Shown here: positions 38,430 through 49,206 of the stretch, piece after piece
Position numbering within the stretch: position 1 is the first letter of the stretch
Layout of the letters: each line of letters begins with the position of its first letter
DNA from: an uncultured Candidatus Saccharibacteria bacterium
GTDB lineage: Bacteria; Patescibacteriota; Minisyncoccia; Phycocordibacterales; Phycocordibacteraceae
DNA: 64,000 bases
Assembly: GCA_964469405.1 (NCBI GenBank)
Contig: CAYXYP010000003.1
Coordinates: 2,573 to 66,572 of the forward strand
Direction: 5' to 3'
The notes under the pieces: model-generated
Databases searched by the model: none
Told to the model about the DNA's origin: nothing
What the model saw: only the letters and a program-made list of their open reading frames with translations
Program-made: the position numbers and the translations under genes

Positions 38430-40775
38430 ATGTCTGAAAAGCTCCCGCGAATGAAAAAAGAAAGTTTAGAACCTTCTTATAATCCGGAAATAGAAGGACT
38501 TATTGCGCGAGCCCCGAAAGGCTCTGACACTAAGGTTAATCAAGAAATTCAGCCAAATGAGCTACCGAAGTCCGTAGAGAAGCAGCGCACAATTATCGAA
38601 TCTCCGAATGAGGAAGAATTGCAAAAACTTTTGGATGCGACAGCTCACGAAAGACCAGATCCCAGACAATTTATGGACGTTCTTAATAAAGCCAACGCCA
38701 ACACTCAGGGCGCAATTTCATATCATTGGTTAGAACAGATCGGAATAATAGCGGCCAAAAGACTTGGAGGAAATGAGTACAATGAGTTCAAAAAATATGT
38801 CAATGATACATATGAATTAAACAGTCCAGATATAAAAGATATAACGCCGGGACTTTCTTTTTTGAGAGACGCGCTCAATACAATACCTCTCGAGCCGAAG
38901 CAAGTAAGTAAGGGAGAAGTAATTACTACGGCACCCAACGTTCAAGAATACCAAGCACCAAAGAAACTGCCGGGTAGTTCGCCGGAAGAATTAGAAATTT
39001 TTCAGAGAAATCTTCGCATGAGCGTTGAAGACTGGCGGAAAGAAAGAAAAAGTATCGGGGTCTCAGAACCGCTTCAGAAAATCGAATCAGGAGTTGAAGA
39101 TCCTAATGTAGTTGATGCCGAATGGAGGTCCGTGTCCGAATCTGAAGAGCAGATTGGGAGAGAACAAAAAAAGGAAGTATCCTCATTAGATGGAGGCATG
39201 CCCGCATCATCAAATGAAAGAATTTCTGGAAACTCGGTTTTTACTGACGCACAGAAAGAATATTTAGAAAATTTGGACGTCGATATGTCTGTGGACGGGT
39301 TGGAGAATATGACGGAACCGACAACACGTAAGGAATGGAAGGCGGAATTGCGTCGGCTCATTTTTGGTGAGAAGAAGAGTGAAGGAAACAAAGAACGCAG
39401 CGAGATACTAAAGGAACACCTTGCGAAACGTTCGGATGAGTTGGAAGAGGTAGCGACAGAGCGTGGACCGACAGTCGTAAAACTTATCGGTTCTGTTATT
39501 GAACGATACAATAATCTGAATTGGAAGACGAAATTGGTTGTTACGGGAGGTCTTATGCTCGGCGCCTCGTTTACTGCAGCGACGCTACCGATTATTTCGG
39601 GAGCATTGGGTGCAGCACTGTATGGTCAGCGGGTGCTTGGTGGTATCGGTTTTGCAATGAATCGACGTAAAGCACTTGACGCAGATCCGAATCATTGGTT
39701 GGCAGGCAAATCAGAACTTATTAAAAATACGTATGCGACTGCGCTTGCGGCAATGTATATGGGGACTACGATATTTGCCGTACACGAGGGCGTCGAGGGA
39801 TTGAAAGCAGTTGCAAATAGTGAGTGGCTTAGCACCATGCTCGGACATCATTCTGTATTGCCGAGTAGCGAAACTCTTGAAACGATCGCACCTACGCCTG
39901 CTGAAGAGACGATTCCCGAAATACCTACTGCAGACGCCGCACCGGAAATAGTAGGAGGCGAGGGTCATCTTGAGCCGTACAATGTGTATGATCCAAAATT
40001 CGACCAGGAGATAGCTGAAGCACGAGCAGAAGTCGATGGGGGATTAGCTAATGCCCAAGCAGCAGTAGAAAGAATGCAAAAAATTGTTGAAGAGCAAAAA
40101 AATATTTTGAATACCATGCCGGGTGGGTCACCGGTCTCTGATAACAGTATTCCTCAATCAGAGGCGCCGGTTACTCCGGACCACAGTCAGATGAGTGGAA
40201 GTGCAGATACGAGCCCGACTACAGATGCCATTCCTGCGACTGAATCATCACCCGAGACGTCTTTTGCGCCACCGGAAGAAGTGGCAAAATTCGGACTCGA
40301 CCCTATAGATGGGCATCCAATGTCTGAATTAGAAGCTCAAAAATTGGACGACCTTAGGAGAGCTATGCATGACCCAAGAGTAACCGGGGAATGGCCTCCC
40401 GGTCCTTCGGAAGGAAAAAGTTTTACTGAAAAAATTTCTGACTGGTTTACGAGCAATCAGGAGACAGCAAATCAATTCGATATCGGTAGCGTATCCCCAA
40501 TAGAGCCGCACATATATGCAGATTCGGGTGAGCACTTATTTGCCTATGGCGGCTCGTCGATAGAGAAGATGGATGCAATTTATAAATTCCTCACCGATAA
40601 TCCAGGTAAAATTGTTTACAGTACGGATGATCATGGCGCATATCGCATCCCTCTTCATCTCGTAGAAGGGAGGGTTGTTCCGGGGGAACCGATGCGCACG
40701 AGTGGCTTCTTTGGATTCGGTGCTTCATTTATGGATGCCCCAAAGCCAGAGGAATTTGCGAAACTTGTTAAATAG
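38430..40775 (+). CDS. Large hypothetical protein with a central transmembrane segment and acidic/low-complexity flanks
   Basis: Start 4 nt after the ATPase stop, so the two genes form an operon. 781 aa. Central hydrophobic block LVVTGGLMLGASFTAATLPIISGALGAALYGQRVLGGIGFAM ... ALAAMYMGTTIFAV. No known domain. Confidence 0.5.
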   Translation: MSEKLPRMKKESLEPSYNPEIEGLIARAPKGSDTKVNQEIQPNELPKSVEKQRTIIESPNEEELQKLLDATAHERPDPRQFMDVLNKANANTQGAISYHWLEQIGIIAAKRLGGNEYNEFKKYVNDTYELNSPDIKDITPGLSFLRDALNTIPLEPKQVSKGEVITTAPNVQEYQAPKKLPGSSPEELEIFQRNLRMSVEDWRKERKSIGVSEPLQKIESGVEDPNVVDAEWRSVSESEEQIGREQKKEVSSLDGGMPASSNERISGNSVFTDAQKEYLENLDVDMSVDGLENMTEPTTRKEWKAELRRLIFGEKKSEGNKERSEILKEHLAKRSDELEEVATERGPTVVKLIGSVIERYNNLNWKTKLVVTGGLMLGASFTAATLPIISGALGAALYGQRVLGGIGFAMNRRKALDADPNHWLAGKSELIKNTYATALAAMYMGTTIFAVHEGVEGLKAVANSEWLSTMLGHHSVLPSSETLETIAPTPAEETIPEIPTADAAPEIVGGEGHLEPYNVYDPKFDQEIAEARAEVDGGLANAQAAVERMQKIVEEQKNILNTMPGGSPVSDNSIPQSEAPVTPDHSQMSGSADTSPTTDAIPATESSPETSFAPPEEVAKFGLDPIDGHPMSELEAQKLDDLRRAMHDPRVTGEWPPGPSEGKSFTEKISDWFTSNQETANQFDIGSVSPIEPHIYADSGEHLFAYGGSSIEKMDAIYKFLTDNPGKIVYSTDDHGAYRIPLHLVEGRVVPGEPMRTSGFFGFGASFMDAPKPEEFAKLVK

Positions 40776-40783
40776 TCCATGGT

Positions 40784-41092
40784 ATGATGCCACCTATGCA
40801 AGATGAAGTAACTGCTCTCATCGCTACCGATCTCGGTATTACAGATCTTCCATCCGAAGAGCAGCATGCCCTCATTGCGCAGTTCGGTGAGATAGCGCTT
40901 AAATCTGCGACTCTTGCGGTGATGGGCAAGCTTGCCGAAGATAAACGAGACGAATTCGCGAAGATTGCCGAAACTGGTGATCCAACAGCACTAAGAGCGT
41001 TTCTCGATCGTGAGGTGCTTGGGCATGAAGATATCGCGAAGGCCGCAGTCGCCGAGGAGGTGAAGCGGTTTAAGGCTTTTCAAGCCCCGTAG
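40784..41092 (+). CDS. Hypothetical small protein (102 aa)
   Basis: Starts 9 nt after the previous stop. Acidic, helical, no domain recognised. Confidence 0.4.
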   Translation: MMPPMQDEVTALIATDLGITDLPSEEQHALIAQFGEIALKSATLAVMGKLAEDKRDEFAKIAETGDPTALRAFLDREVLGHEDIAKAAVAEEVKRFKAFQAP

Positions 41093-41120
41093 TATAATCA
41101 AACTGTAATTATCATAATTT

Positions 41121-41687
41121 ATGCAACCAACTCAGACTGGTATCGCCGTCGCACTTGCTCTTGTCGTGGTGATTATTTTCTTCATTTTCCCTGGTCTCTC
41201 GCCTTTTGGGGCAGCAACCCCACCTTCTTCAGACGAGGTGAACACTGAAATTACTACTGCCGCTGCTACTTCAGCTACTTCAGCTGCTACTGCTGCTACT
41301 ACTAATAATACTCAAACAACATCTACCACTATGCCTACTGAACCCGTAACCCAACTCCAGGTAATCGACGAGACCGTAGGCAGTGGTGCTGTGGCCGCAG
41401 TCGGCGATAGTGTGACAGTGAATTATGTCGGATCACTCACGACGGGTGTCGTCTTTGATGCTTCTGCAAATCACGGCACCACTGGCTTCACTTTTAATCT
41501 TGGAGCAGGACAGGTGATTAAGGGTTGGGATCAAGGTATCGTCGGCATGAAAGAAGGAGGAAAGCGTATACTTATCATTCCTGCATCGCTCGCATATGGC
41601 AGTCAGGCAGTCGGGGGTGTGATTCCAGCGAACTCAACTCTCATCTTTGAAGTACAACTACTCAGTGTAAAAAAAGGAGCTAGGTAG
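41121..41687 (+). CDS. FKBP-type peptidyl-prolyl cis-trans isomerase, membrane-anchored
   Basis: N-terminal TM, a Thr/Ala-rich linker, then an FKBP domain (VTVNYVGSLTTGVVFDAS...GAGQVIKGWDQGIVGMKEGGKRILIIPASLAYG). Confidence 0.85.
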   Translation: MQPTQTGIAVALALVVVIIFFIFPGLSPFGAATPPSSDEVNTEITTAAATSATSAATAATTNNTQTTSTTMPTEPVTQLQVIDETVGSGAVAAVGDSVTVNYVGSLTTGVVFDASANHGTTGFTFNLGAGQVIKGWDQGIVGMKEGGKRILIIPASLAYGSQAVGGVIPANSTLIFEVQLLSVKKGAR

Positions 41688-41741
41688 ATTTCCAAAAAAA
41701 AGTAATGGGCAGGAAATCATATGATTTCCTGCCCATTTCGT

Positions 41742-42281
41742 TTAGTAAGGGCTCTTAAGGAGCACCTGCACTTTGTACGTCGGGAACCGACTGAAGACCT
41801 CTCGGCCACAATTCTCGAAGGTATAAATTTTCCCTCCGAGAGTTAATGCTCCATACGCCCCCCCGAACATTCCTCCTGAAGCTCCAGAGAACATAGCGTA
41901 CTGAGCTGCTTTGGCGAACGGGAAAGCTAGAGAGCCGATTCCACCACCTGCAGCACCAGCGGCACCAAATATGACCGCATCCGTTAATACCGTAACTGAA
42001 TCAAGCGGGTGGACCACTTTGGTGTACTCTCGACAGACCCGCTCAGCTTCTTCGATCGCTGCGAATTGCTTCGCGGCGGGTTGTTTCCCTGCGATCATGT
42101 AGTTTAGGCCGTAGGTGTCTGAATCTATCATCCAATTAGGAAATACCTGATTGTGCGCCACAATAGTGGCTTGTTCACCGTCAGGCATGGTAAGAGGAAT
42201 TAACCTCCGTTCCCCCTGACTCGCACATGCGACGGTCAAGAATGCCATAATCAGTATGGCCGCACCGAATCTCTTGTCCAT
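41742..42281 (-). CDS. Hypothetical lipoprotein (Gly-rich)
   Basis: Lipobox LTVAC after a signal peptide (MDKRFGAAILIMAFLTVACAS). GAAGAAGGGIGS and GASGGMFGG repeats. Confidence 0.45.
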   Translation of the reverse strand: MDKRFGAAILIMAFLTVACASQGERRLIPLTMPDGEQATIVAHNQVFPNWMIDSDTYGLNYMIAGKQPAAKQFAAIEEAERVCREYTKVVHPLDSVTVLTDAVIFGAAGAAGGGIGSLAFPFAKAAQYAMFSGASGGMFGGAYGALTLGGKIYTFENCGREVFSRFPTYKVQVLLKSPY

Positions 42282-42399
42282 GACGAACCCCCTTTGTGTT
42301 GGTTTTTTGTGGGCAAATGTATGCAATCTCTCTAGAAGAGATGATACACCATCATTATGGTCTTGTCAATAGCTAGTGGATACGCTATGGTGTGAAGTA

Positions 42400-43647
42400 A
42401 TGAGTGCAATGAGTTTTAAGATAGAAAAGCGGTCGATTGGCTCCCGTGGGGGGACTTCGGAAGGGAAGCATGTCGGTCGTGCAGGGACACTTACTACGCC
42501 CCACGGCGACATTCACACGCCCGCCTTTGCGCCAGTCGGCACAAAAGCAAATGTGAAGGGTGTTCTGCCAAGTGCCCTTACGGCACTTGGGGCCGAAGTT
42601 GTGCTGGCAAACACCTACCACCTTTATCTACAACCGGGTGAAAAAATTGTGAAAGATGCCGGAGGTCTCGGTAAATTTATGGGATGGAAGGGTCCCACCA
42701 TGACCGATTCGGGGGGTTTTCAAGTCTTCTCGCTTGGCGCCGCCTTTGGTAAAACCATATCGAAGTTCGTGAAAGAGGATGCTCCCGAAGTTGAGTCGAT
42801 CGCGGTGTACGACGAAGGCGTCGCGAGTCAGCACGGGCAGCTCGCGGTCATCGACGATGAGGGCGTTTCATTTACATCACATCTCGACGGTTCTCTTCAT
42901 CGATTTACTCCCGAACGTTCGGTTGAGATACAGCATGCACTTGGTGCGGATATCTTCTTTGCGTTTGACGAGTGTACGTCGCCGACGGAGCCATACGAGT
43001 ACCAGAAGGAAGCGATGGATCGCACGCATCGCTGGGCGGAGCGGTCTCTTAAAGCTCATCGACAGAATATTGATGCCGTAGGAACGCAGGCACTTTTTGG
43101 TATTGTGCAGGGTGGTCGGCACGAGGACTTACGTAAAGAATCTGCACGCGAAATCGTTCGTTTGGGTTTCGATGGCATCGGCATCGGCGGCTCATTTTCG
43201 AAAGAAGATATGCGTGGCGCTCTTGCTGCCGCTATGAGCGAACTGCCGGAAGAATTGCCACGACATTTCCTTGGCATCGGCGAACCGGGAGATATTCTTG
43301 AGGGTATTGCAGGCGGTATGGACCTTTTTGATTGTGTCGCTGCGACGAGGATTGGTCGCCATGGTTCTATCTATACAAAGCGCGGCGTTGTGCATCTCAA
43401 GAACGAAAAATATCGTACGGAGTTTTCTCCACTTGATCCGGAAATGAGCATCAAGGGCACGGAACCATTCACTCGGGCGTACGTGTCGCATCTATTGCGG
43501 AGTGGAGAGATGCTTGGCGCCGTCATCGCATCAACGCATAATGTCGGTTTCATTCTGAACCTCATCGCAGGTGCCCGCGAAGCGATACTTGAGGGACGAT
43601 TCAATGAATATCGTGCGGAGTTTACCGAGAAGTATCGAGGATATTGA
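42400..43647 (+). CDS. tgt: tRNA-guanine transglycosylase family protein
   Basis: LANTYHLYLQPG, DSGGFQVFSL and FGIVQGGRHEDLR are core TGT motifs. The canonical CxCxxC zinc site was not seen. Confidence 0.75.
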   Translation: MSAMSFKIEKRSIGSRGGTSEGKHVGRAGTLTTPHGDIHTPAFAPVGTKANVKGVLPSALTALGAEVVLANTYHLYLQPGEKIVKDAGGLGKFMGWKGPTMTDSGGFQVFSLGAAFGKTISKFVKEDAPEVESIAVYDEGVASQHGQLAVIDDEGVSFTSHLDGSLHRFTPERSVEIQHALGADIFFAFDECTSPTEPYEYQKEAMDRTHRWAERSLKAHRQNIDAVGTQALFGIVQGGRHEDLRKESAREIVRLGFDGIGIGGSFSKEDMRGALAAAMSELPEELPRHFLGIGEPGDILEGIAGGMDLFDCVAATRIGRHGSIYTKRGVVHLKNEKYRTEFSPLDPEMSIKGTEPFTRAYVSHLLRSGEMLGAVIASTHNVGFILNLIAGAREAILEGRFNEYRAEFTEKYRGY

Positions 43648-43733
43648 CACAGTAACGTTGGAATGTTTTCATCCGGATGGGAGTCCAGGTTCTTTTCTCA
43701 ACCGTACAAGACCATATGTAACTGGAGGGAATC

Positions 43734-44273
43734 ATGAACGCATTAATCACTGTCGTCGTTGTTCTGGCTTCTCTGTTCCCAGTTCACTCGTTTGCGGCTA
43801 TTACCTATCCTCATATTGATCCGCTGCGAAGCATCACTCCCACATTCAATGTCTCACCCGTCAGTCCGGAGCTTAGTGGCGACGCATTCATACGTCTGCG
43901 TGAATACACGCTCACTTTCTTCGTGTCATCGACCATTGGACCCAATGCCGCCAGGCTTCTCGGACTAGAAGTAACCGGCTTAAGCATACCGGCGAAATAT
44001 GTGTCTTCCGTGCTTCCCGATGGCGAGTGTTATTTTATCGTGAGTTTGAAGCCAGACACCGATGATATCGTTATCATCGAGATGAGGGAAAGTGCATCTC
44101 CCATCATGTACCTGACGAATTCTAAGGTCGAGTTGCGTGCGGCGCTTGTCAATCAGCCTGGCCGTCCTCACTTGATCACCATCGAACAGGCAATAGTCGG
44201 CTTCAGAGTTCTTCTTGAATTCTGGACCGAGGCGGCCAAAACTCTTCCGTCAAATGAGCCGCTTCCCAAGTAG
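43734..44273 (+). CDS. Hypothetical secreted protein
   Basis: Signal peptide MNALITVVVVLASLFPVHSFAAI. No domain recognised. Confidence 0.4.
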   Translation: MNALITVVVVLASLFPVHSFAAITYPHIDPLRSITPTFNVSPVSPELSGDAFIRLREYTLTFFVSSTIGPNAARLLGLEVTGLSIPAKYVSSVLPDGECYFIVSLKPDTDDIVIIEMRESASPIMYLTNSKVELRAALVNQPGRPHLITIEQAIVGFRVLLEFWTEAAKTLPSNEPLPK

Positions 44274-44293
44274 TGTAGCCCGACTCAATAAAC

Positions 44294-44325
44294 CGCGAGC
44301 AGGTTAAAAACCTGCTCGCGTCTTC
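44294..44325 (+). terminator. Rho-independent terminator
   Basis: CGCGAGCAGGT-TTAAAA-ACCTGCTCGCG followed by a T-rich tail. Confidence 0.65.
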
Positions 44326-44364
44326 ATTTCTATAGAAACACGCAAAATGCTACACTGCACTTTT

Positions 44365-46398
44365 ATGAGCAATTTCAAACTCCATACACCATTTCCTCCG
44401 GCGGGCGATCAGCCGCAGGCGATAAATAACCTTGGAAAAGGGCTTGAGAAGGGTCTGTGGCATCAGACGCTTTTCGGCGTCACCGGAAGCGGAAAAACAT
44501 TTACGGTGGCGAATGTGATTGCGAAATACGATAGGCCTACACTTGTCCTCGCGCACAACAAAACACTTGCTGCCCAGCTCGCACAGGAATATCGCGAATT
44601 CTTTCCCGAGAACGCGGTACATTACTTCGTTTCGTATTACGACTACTATCAGCCGGAGGCATATATCGCGCATTCGGATACCTATATTGAGAAGGAGGCG
44701 ATGATTAATGCCGAGATTGACCGCCTGCGTCACGCTGCGACACAAGCGCTCCTTACGAGAAAAGACGTCATTATTGTCGCCTCGGTCTCCGCTATCTACG
44801 GCCTTGGTTCTCCCGAGGAATATGAAAAAGTTCACGTGAAGATTGAGAAGGGTACTGTTGAGGATCGTGCGGCGTTGATTCGGAAGCTCATCGGCATTTA
44901 TTTTGAACGGACAATTGCTGACCTTAATCCCGGACAACTACGCGCTATTGGCAACTCGCTCGAGTTCATGCCGGTTAACGAGCGTTCGATTTACCGCATT
45001 ACGTTTGACGGAGATGTAGTAGCGACGTTGGATCAACTCGATCCAGTTTCGCGCGCAAGAATTGCGGAACCGAAATCTGTTTTTGTATTCCCAGCGAAAC
45101 ACTTCGTCACGAATGAGGAAGAGCGTTTGCGCGCTATTGAAGACATCAAGCTTGAGCTTGCGGAACAACTCGCAAAATTTAAACGCGAAGAGAAGCCACT
45201 TGAAGCTGAGCGCTTGAAGCGCCGCACGCTCCACGACATCGCGCTCATTCGCGAGCTCGGGTACACGAGCGGTATTGAGAATTACTCTCGCCACTTCGAT
45301 GGGCGTAGTCCGGGCGAGCCTCCCTACACGCTCCTTTCGTATTTTCCGAAAGATTTTCTTACGGTCATTGATGAGTCGCATGTCACAGTCCCACAGATAG
45401 GCGGTATGTACGCGGGGGATAAATCGAGGAAAGATACGCTTGTCGAATACGGCTTCCGTCTCCCATCGGCACGCGATAATCGCCCACTCCGGTTTGAAGA
45501 GTTTGAACAGCGCACAGGGCAGGTCATTTATACGAGCGCAACGCCGGGGCCGTATGAACGTGAGCACTCCGAACAAGTCGTCGAACAAATAATTCGCCCG
45601 ACGGGTCTTATTGATCCCGAGCTTACGGTGCGTGCGGTGAGCGAGACGAAGGGTTACAAGGGGCAAATCGCCGATTTTATCAACGAAACAGAGGTAGTCA
45701 TAAAGCGTGGTGGGCGTGTCCTTGCAACGACACTTACCAAGCAGATGGCCGAAGACCTCTCATCATTCTTGCGTGAGAAGGGGATTAAGGCCGAATACCT
45801 CCATTCAGATGTAAAAACTATAGACCGTATCGATATTCTCACCAATTTCCGTAAAGGAATATTTGATATCTTGGTTGGCGTGAATCTCTTGCGCGAGGGT
45901 CTCGACTTACCCGAAGTGGAGCTCGTTGGCATTTTGGACGCCGATAAAGAGGGATTCCTTCGCAGCGAGACATCACTCATTCAGACTATCGGTCGTGCGG
46001 CGCGCAATGTCCTCGGCCGAGTCATTCTCTATGCCGACACGATGACCGGTTCTCTCGATCGAGCTATCAGCGAAACGAATCGCCGTCGCGCGCTCCAGGT
46101 TGCGTACAATGAGAAGCACGGCATTACACCGATGACAATCAAGAAAGAAATTCATGACATTGCAGCGTCGATGCGCACGGAACACCAGCGGACTATTGAC
46201 GAGCTTTTGGTGCTCGATACGCTTGCGTATAAAGACGATCCCGCCGTGTTCATCAAACGCAAACGAGAGGAAATGGCAGAGGCAGTAGAGCAACTTGATT
46301 TCGAGACCGCTGCACTCATTCGCGACGAGCTCTACAAACTGGAAGGGAATGGACCGAAAAAGAAACCACGCGCGCGAAAGGCGCTTTCGGGTTCCTAA
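44365..46398 (+). CDS. uvrB: Excinuclease ABC subunit B
   Basis: GDQPQAI...LFGVTGSGKTFT, helicase motifs, a beta-hairpin region and C-terminal UVR domain (ALIRDELYKLE). Confidence 0.95.
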   Translation: MSNFKLHTPFPPAGDQPQAINNLGKGLEKGLWHQTLFGVTGSGKTFTVANVIAKYDRPTLVLAHNKTLAAQLAQEYREFFPENAVHYFVSYYDYYQPEAYIAHSDTYIEKEAMINAEIDRLRHAATQALLTRKDVIIVASVSAIYGLGSPEEYEKVHVKIEKGTVEDRAALIRKLIGIYFERTIADLNPGQLRAIGNSLEFMPVNERSIYRITFDGDVVATLDQLDPVSRARIAEPKSVFVFPAKHFVTNEEERLRAIEDIKLELAEQLAKFKREEKPLEAERLKRRTLHDIALIRELGYTSGIENYSRHFDGRSPGEPPYTLLSYFPKDFLTVIDESHVTVPQIGGMYAGDKSRKDTLVEYGFRLPSARDNRPLRFEEFEQRTGQVIYTSATPGPYEREHSEQVVEQIIRPTGLIDPELTVRAVSETKGYKGQIADFINETEVVIKRGGRVLATTLTKQMAEDLSSFLREKGIKAEYLHSDVKTIDRIDILTNFRKGIFDILVGVNLLREGLDLPEVELVGILDADKEGFLRSETSLIQTIGRAARNVLGRVILYADTMTGSLDRAISETNRRRALQVAYNEKHGITPMTIKKEIHDIAASMRTEHQRTIDELLVLDTLAYKDDPAVFIKRKREEMAEAVEQLDFETAALIRDELYKLEGNGPKKKPRARKALSGS

Positions 46399-46533
46399 GC
46401 TGTAGGAACAGCTTCCTCCCCACGCTTACCTCAGATGAATACATAAGTAATGTATTCATCGCTCGGTTCGCTTGGTAGAAGCAGAAGTGGTATATTCACA
46501 ACGTACCTGCCCCTCCATGGGCAGGAAATTCCT

Positions 46534-49206
46534 ATGAAGAAGGCAAAATCTGAAGAGCGTGCACATCGTCACGGGAGCGACTGGCTCACGGTGAAAGGTG
46601 CGCGCACCCATAATCTCAAGAACATCTCGGTTGAAATGCCGCGTGGGGCCATGACGGTTATTACCGGACTTTCAGGAAGCGGGAAATCCTCGCTCGCATT
46701 TGACACCATCTTTGCCGAAGGGCAGCGACGGTATGTTGAGTCACTTTCCGCGTATGCACGACAATTTCTCAATCAGATGGCGAAGCCGGATGTCGATGAG
46801 ATCACCGGTCTTTCCCCAGCTATTTCGATAGATCAGAAGAGTCGGTCGAATAATCCGCGCTCGACCGTAGCGACAGTCACCGAAATTTACGATTACTTGC
46901 GTGTTCTTTATGCACGCGCTGGGCAGCCCTATTGTATTCATCACGATGTGCCCATTGTGAGACTTTCAAAAGAAGAGATGATCAAGATGGTATTTTCGCG
47001 CGTAGATGCGAAACGCAAAGGAACGGATGTATCCCGCAATGGTGCGTCCGAAGGGACGCAGGTCATGGGTGTAGCGGTGGATAAGACCGCAGTTACTATC
47101 TATGCTCCTGTCGTTGTCGGTAGGAAGGGCGAGTACTACCAGCTGCTCTATGATCTTCTCAGTAAGGGATATGAAAAAGTGGTTATCGATGGGAAATCAC
47201 AATCGCTCCGCGAGAAGATCGTGCTTGATCGGAACAAACGGCATAGTATTGATGCGGTTGTGGACTCTATCTATGTTTCTGAATTTGCACGCACAACCGC
47301 GGGCGCTCGCGAGCGACTCTCGGAAGCTCTCGAGCTCGCGCTCAAACAGGCAGACGGTTTAGTGAAGATCCAGCATGCCGATGGAACGATGGAAACCCTT
47401 TCCTCGAAATTTATTTGTCCAGACGATGGTGCGTCTTTCCCTGAAGTAGAGCCACGATTGTTCTCTTTTAATTCGCCCTACGGTGCGTGTCCAGCGTGTC
47501 ATGGTCTTGGCACCGAGTCCCTTTTTTCAGAAGAAATTTGCCCCGTATGTGTTGGGAAGCGGTTGCGCCCTGAAGCGTTGCGGGTATTTCTAAAAAGTAA
47601 AAAAGATAAGACGCTCGGCAAAAGTATCGTTGATTTCACTAATTTTTCTATCAAGGAGGCGAAGGATTTTGTTGATTCTATTGAGCTTTCGGAAATGAAG
47701 AAGGATATCGCGGCGCCCATTCTGAAAGAAATCGATAGTCGTCTAACCTTCATGCTGAATGTTGGCCTTGATTATCTGACTCTCAATCGTTCAGCGGCGA
47801 CTCTCTCGGGTGGGGAAGCGCAGCGTATCCGACTTGCTTCACAGCTCGGCAGCGGACTTACCGGTGCGCTCTATGTGCTCGACGAACCCACCATCGGACT
47901 TCATCAGCGCGACAATGATCGTCTCATCAAAACTCTCCTTGTCCTTAAGGAGCTTGGTAATACGATCATAGTCGTCGAACATGATGAAGACACTATTTAC
48001 TCTGCTGATTACATTATCGATATCGGTCCAGGCGCCGGTGTCCATGGTGGTACTGTTGTCGCCTCTGGATGGCTGGATAAATTGCTGACCTCGAAAGAGA
48101 ATGAGAGTGGTTCCGTAACTCTTTCGTATCTCCGGCAAGAGAAAGAGATATCAATACCTGAAACCCGTCGTACGAGCGAGAAGGGCTATATAAAAGTGCG
48201 TGGCGCAACGCTCCATAACCTGACAAATCAGAATATCGACGTGCCATTGGGGAAACTCGTCTGCATCACGGGTGTTTCAGGAAGCGGGAAATCAACTTTT
48301 CTGTACGATATATTACATCGCAATATCGCCGGTCGGTTTGCACGCCGCGAAGCGAAGCTCGAGCATATTTCGTCACTCACCGGCACAGAATACGTGGGCC
48401 GTGCTGTTCTTATCGATCAATCGCCCATCGGGCGTACGCCACGCTCTAACCCAGCCACGTATACCGGGGCTTTCACGCACATACGCGATCTCTTCGCTGC
48501 AACTCCTGAAGCACGCGCGCGGGGATGGAAGCCGGGACGTTTTTCCTTTAATGTTCCCGGTGGTCGTTGTGAAGCATGTCAAGGAAATGGTTCTATCGCG
48601 GTCGAGATGCACTTCCTTCCGACGGTATATGTGACGTGCGACATTTGTATGGGGAAACGTTTTATGAAAGAAACGCTCGAGGTTACCTTTCGAGGTAAGA
48701 CCATTCACGAAGTGCTTCAGATGACTATTGAAGAGGCGGAGAAATTTTTCGGCGATATTCCTGCCATTGCCGACCGTTTGATGAGTTTGAATTCGACTGG
48801 GCTCGAATATCTGACGCTTGGACAAAGCGCGACAACCCTTTCCGGTGGAGAAGCACAGCGCGTGAAAATCGCGAGTGAGCTCTATCGCTCGATGACGATG
48901 AAAACGATTTATCTCCTTGATGAGCCGACAGTCGGTCTTCATTACGAGGATGTACGGAAGCTCATCGAAATTCTGCAGGAGCTCGTGCTTCGCGGGAATA
49001 CGGTTGTCGTCATTGAGCACAATCTTGATGTGATCAAGAGTTCTGACTACATTATCGACTTTGGTCCCGAGGGTGGTACTGGCGGCGGGAAAATAATTGC
49101 GAAAGGCACTCCGGAAGAAGTCGCAGAGACAGAAGGTTCTTACACGGGCGAGTATCTAGCGAAAGCATTGCGACGCCATGCAAAAAAGCGATCTACAAAA
49201 ACTTAA
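46534..49206 (+). CDS. uvrA: Excinuclease ABC subunit A
   Basis: Tandem ABC ATPase modules ([12 protein letters not shown]; [11 protein letters not shown]), zinc-finger Cys clusters and LSGGEAQR signature motifs. Confidence 0.95.
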   Translation: MKKAKSEERAHRHGSDWLTVKGARTHNLKNISVEMPRGAMTVITGLSGSGKSSLAFDTIFAEGQRRYVESLSAYARQFLNQMAKPDVDEITGLSPAISIDQKSRSNNPRSTVATVTEIYDYLRVLYARAGQPYCIHHDVPIVRLSKEEMIKMVFSRVDAKRKGTDVSRNGASEGTQVMGVAVDKTAVTIYAPVVVGRKGEYYQLLYDLLSKGYEKVVIDGKSQSLREKIVLDRNKRHSIDAVVDSIYVSEFARTTAGARERLSEALELALKQADGLVKIQHADGTMETLSSKFICPDDGASFPEVEPRLFSFNSPYGACPACHGLGTESLFSEEICPVCVGKRLRPEALRVFLKSKKDKTLGKSIVDFTNFSIKEAKDFVDSIELSEMKKDIAAPILKEIDSRLTFMLNVGLDYLTLNRSAATLSGGEAQRIRLASQLGSGLTGALYVLDEPTIGLHQRDNDRLIKTLLVLKELGNTIIVVEHDEDTIYSADYIIDIGPGAGVHGGTVVASGWLDKLLTSKENESGSVTLSYLRQEKEISIPETRRTSEKGYIKVRGATLHNLTNQNIDVPLGKLVCITGVSGSGKSTFLYDILHRNIAGRFARREAKLEHISSLTGTEYVGRAVLIDQSPIGRTPRSNPATYTGAFTHIRDLFAATPEARARGWKPGRFSFNVPGGRCEACQGNGSIAVEMHFLPTVYVTCDICMGKRFMKETLEVTFRGKTIHEVLQMTIEEAEKFFGDIPAIADRLMSLNSTGLEYLTLGQSATTLSGGEAQRVKIASELYRSMTMKTIYLLDEPTVGLHYEDVRKLIEILQELVLRGNTVVVIEHNLDVIKSSDYIIDFGPEGGTGGGKIIAKGTPEEVAETEGSYTGEYLAKALRRHAKKRSTKT

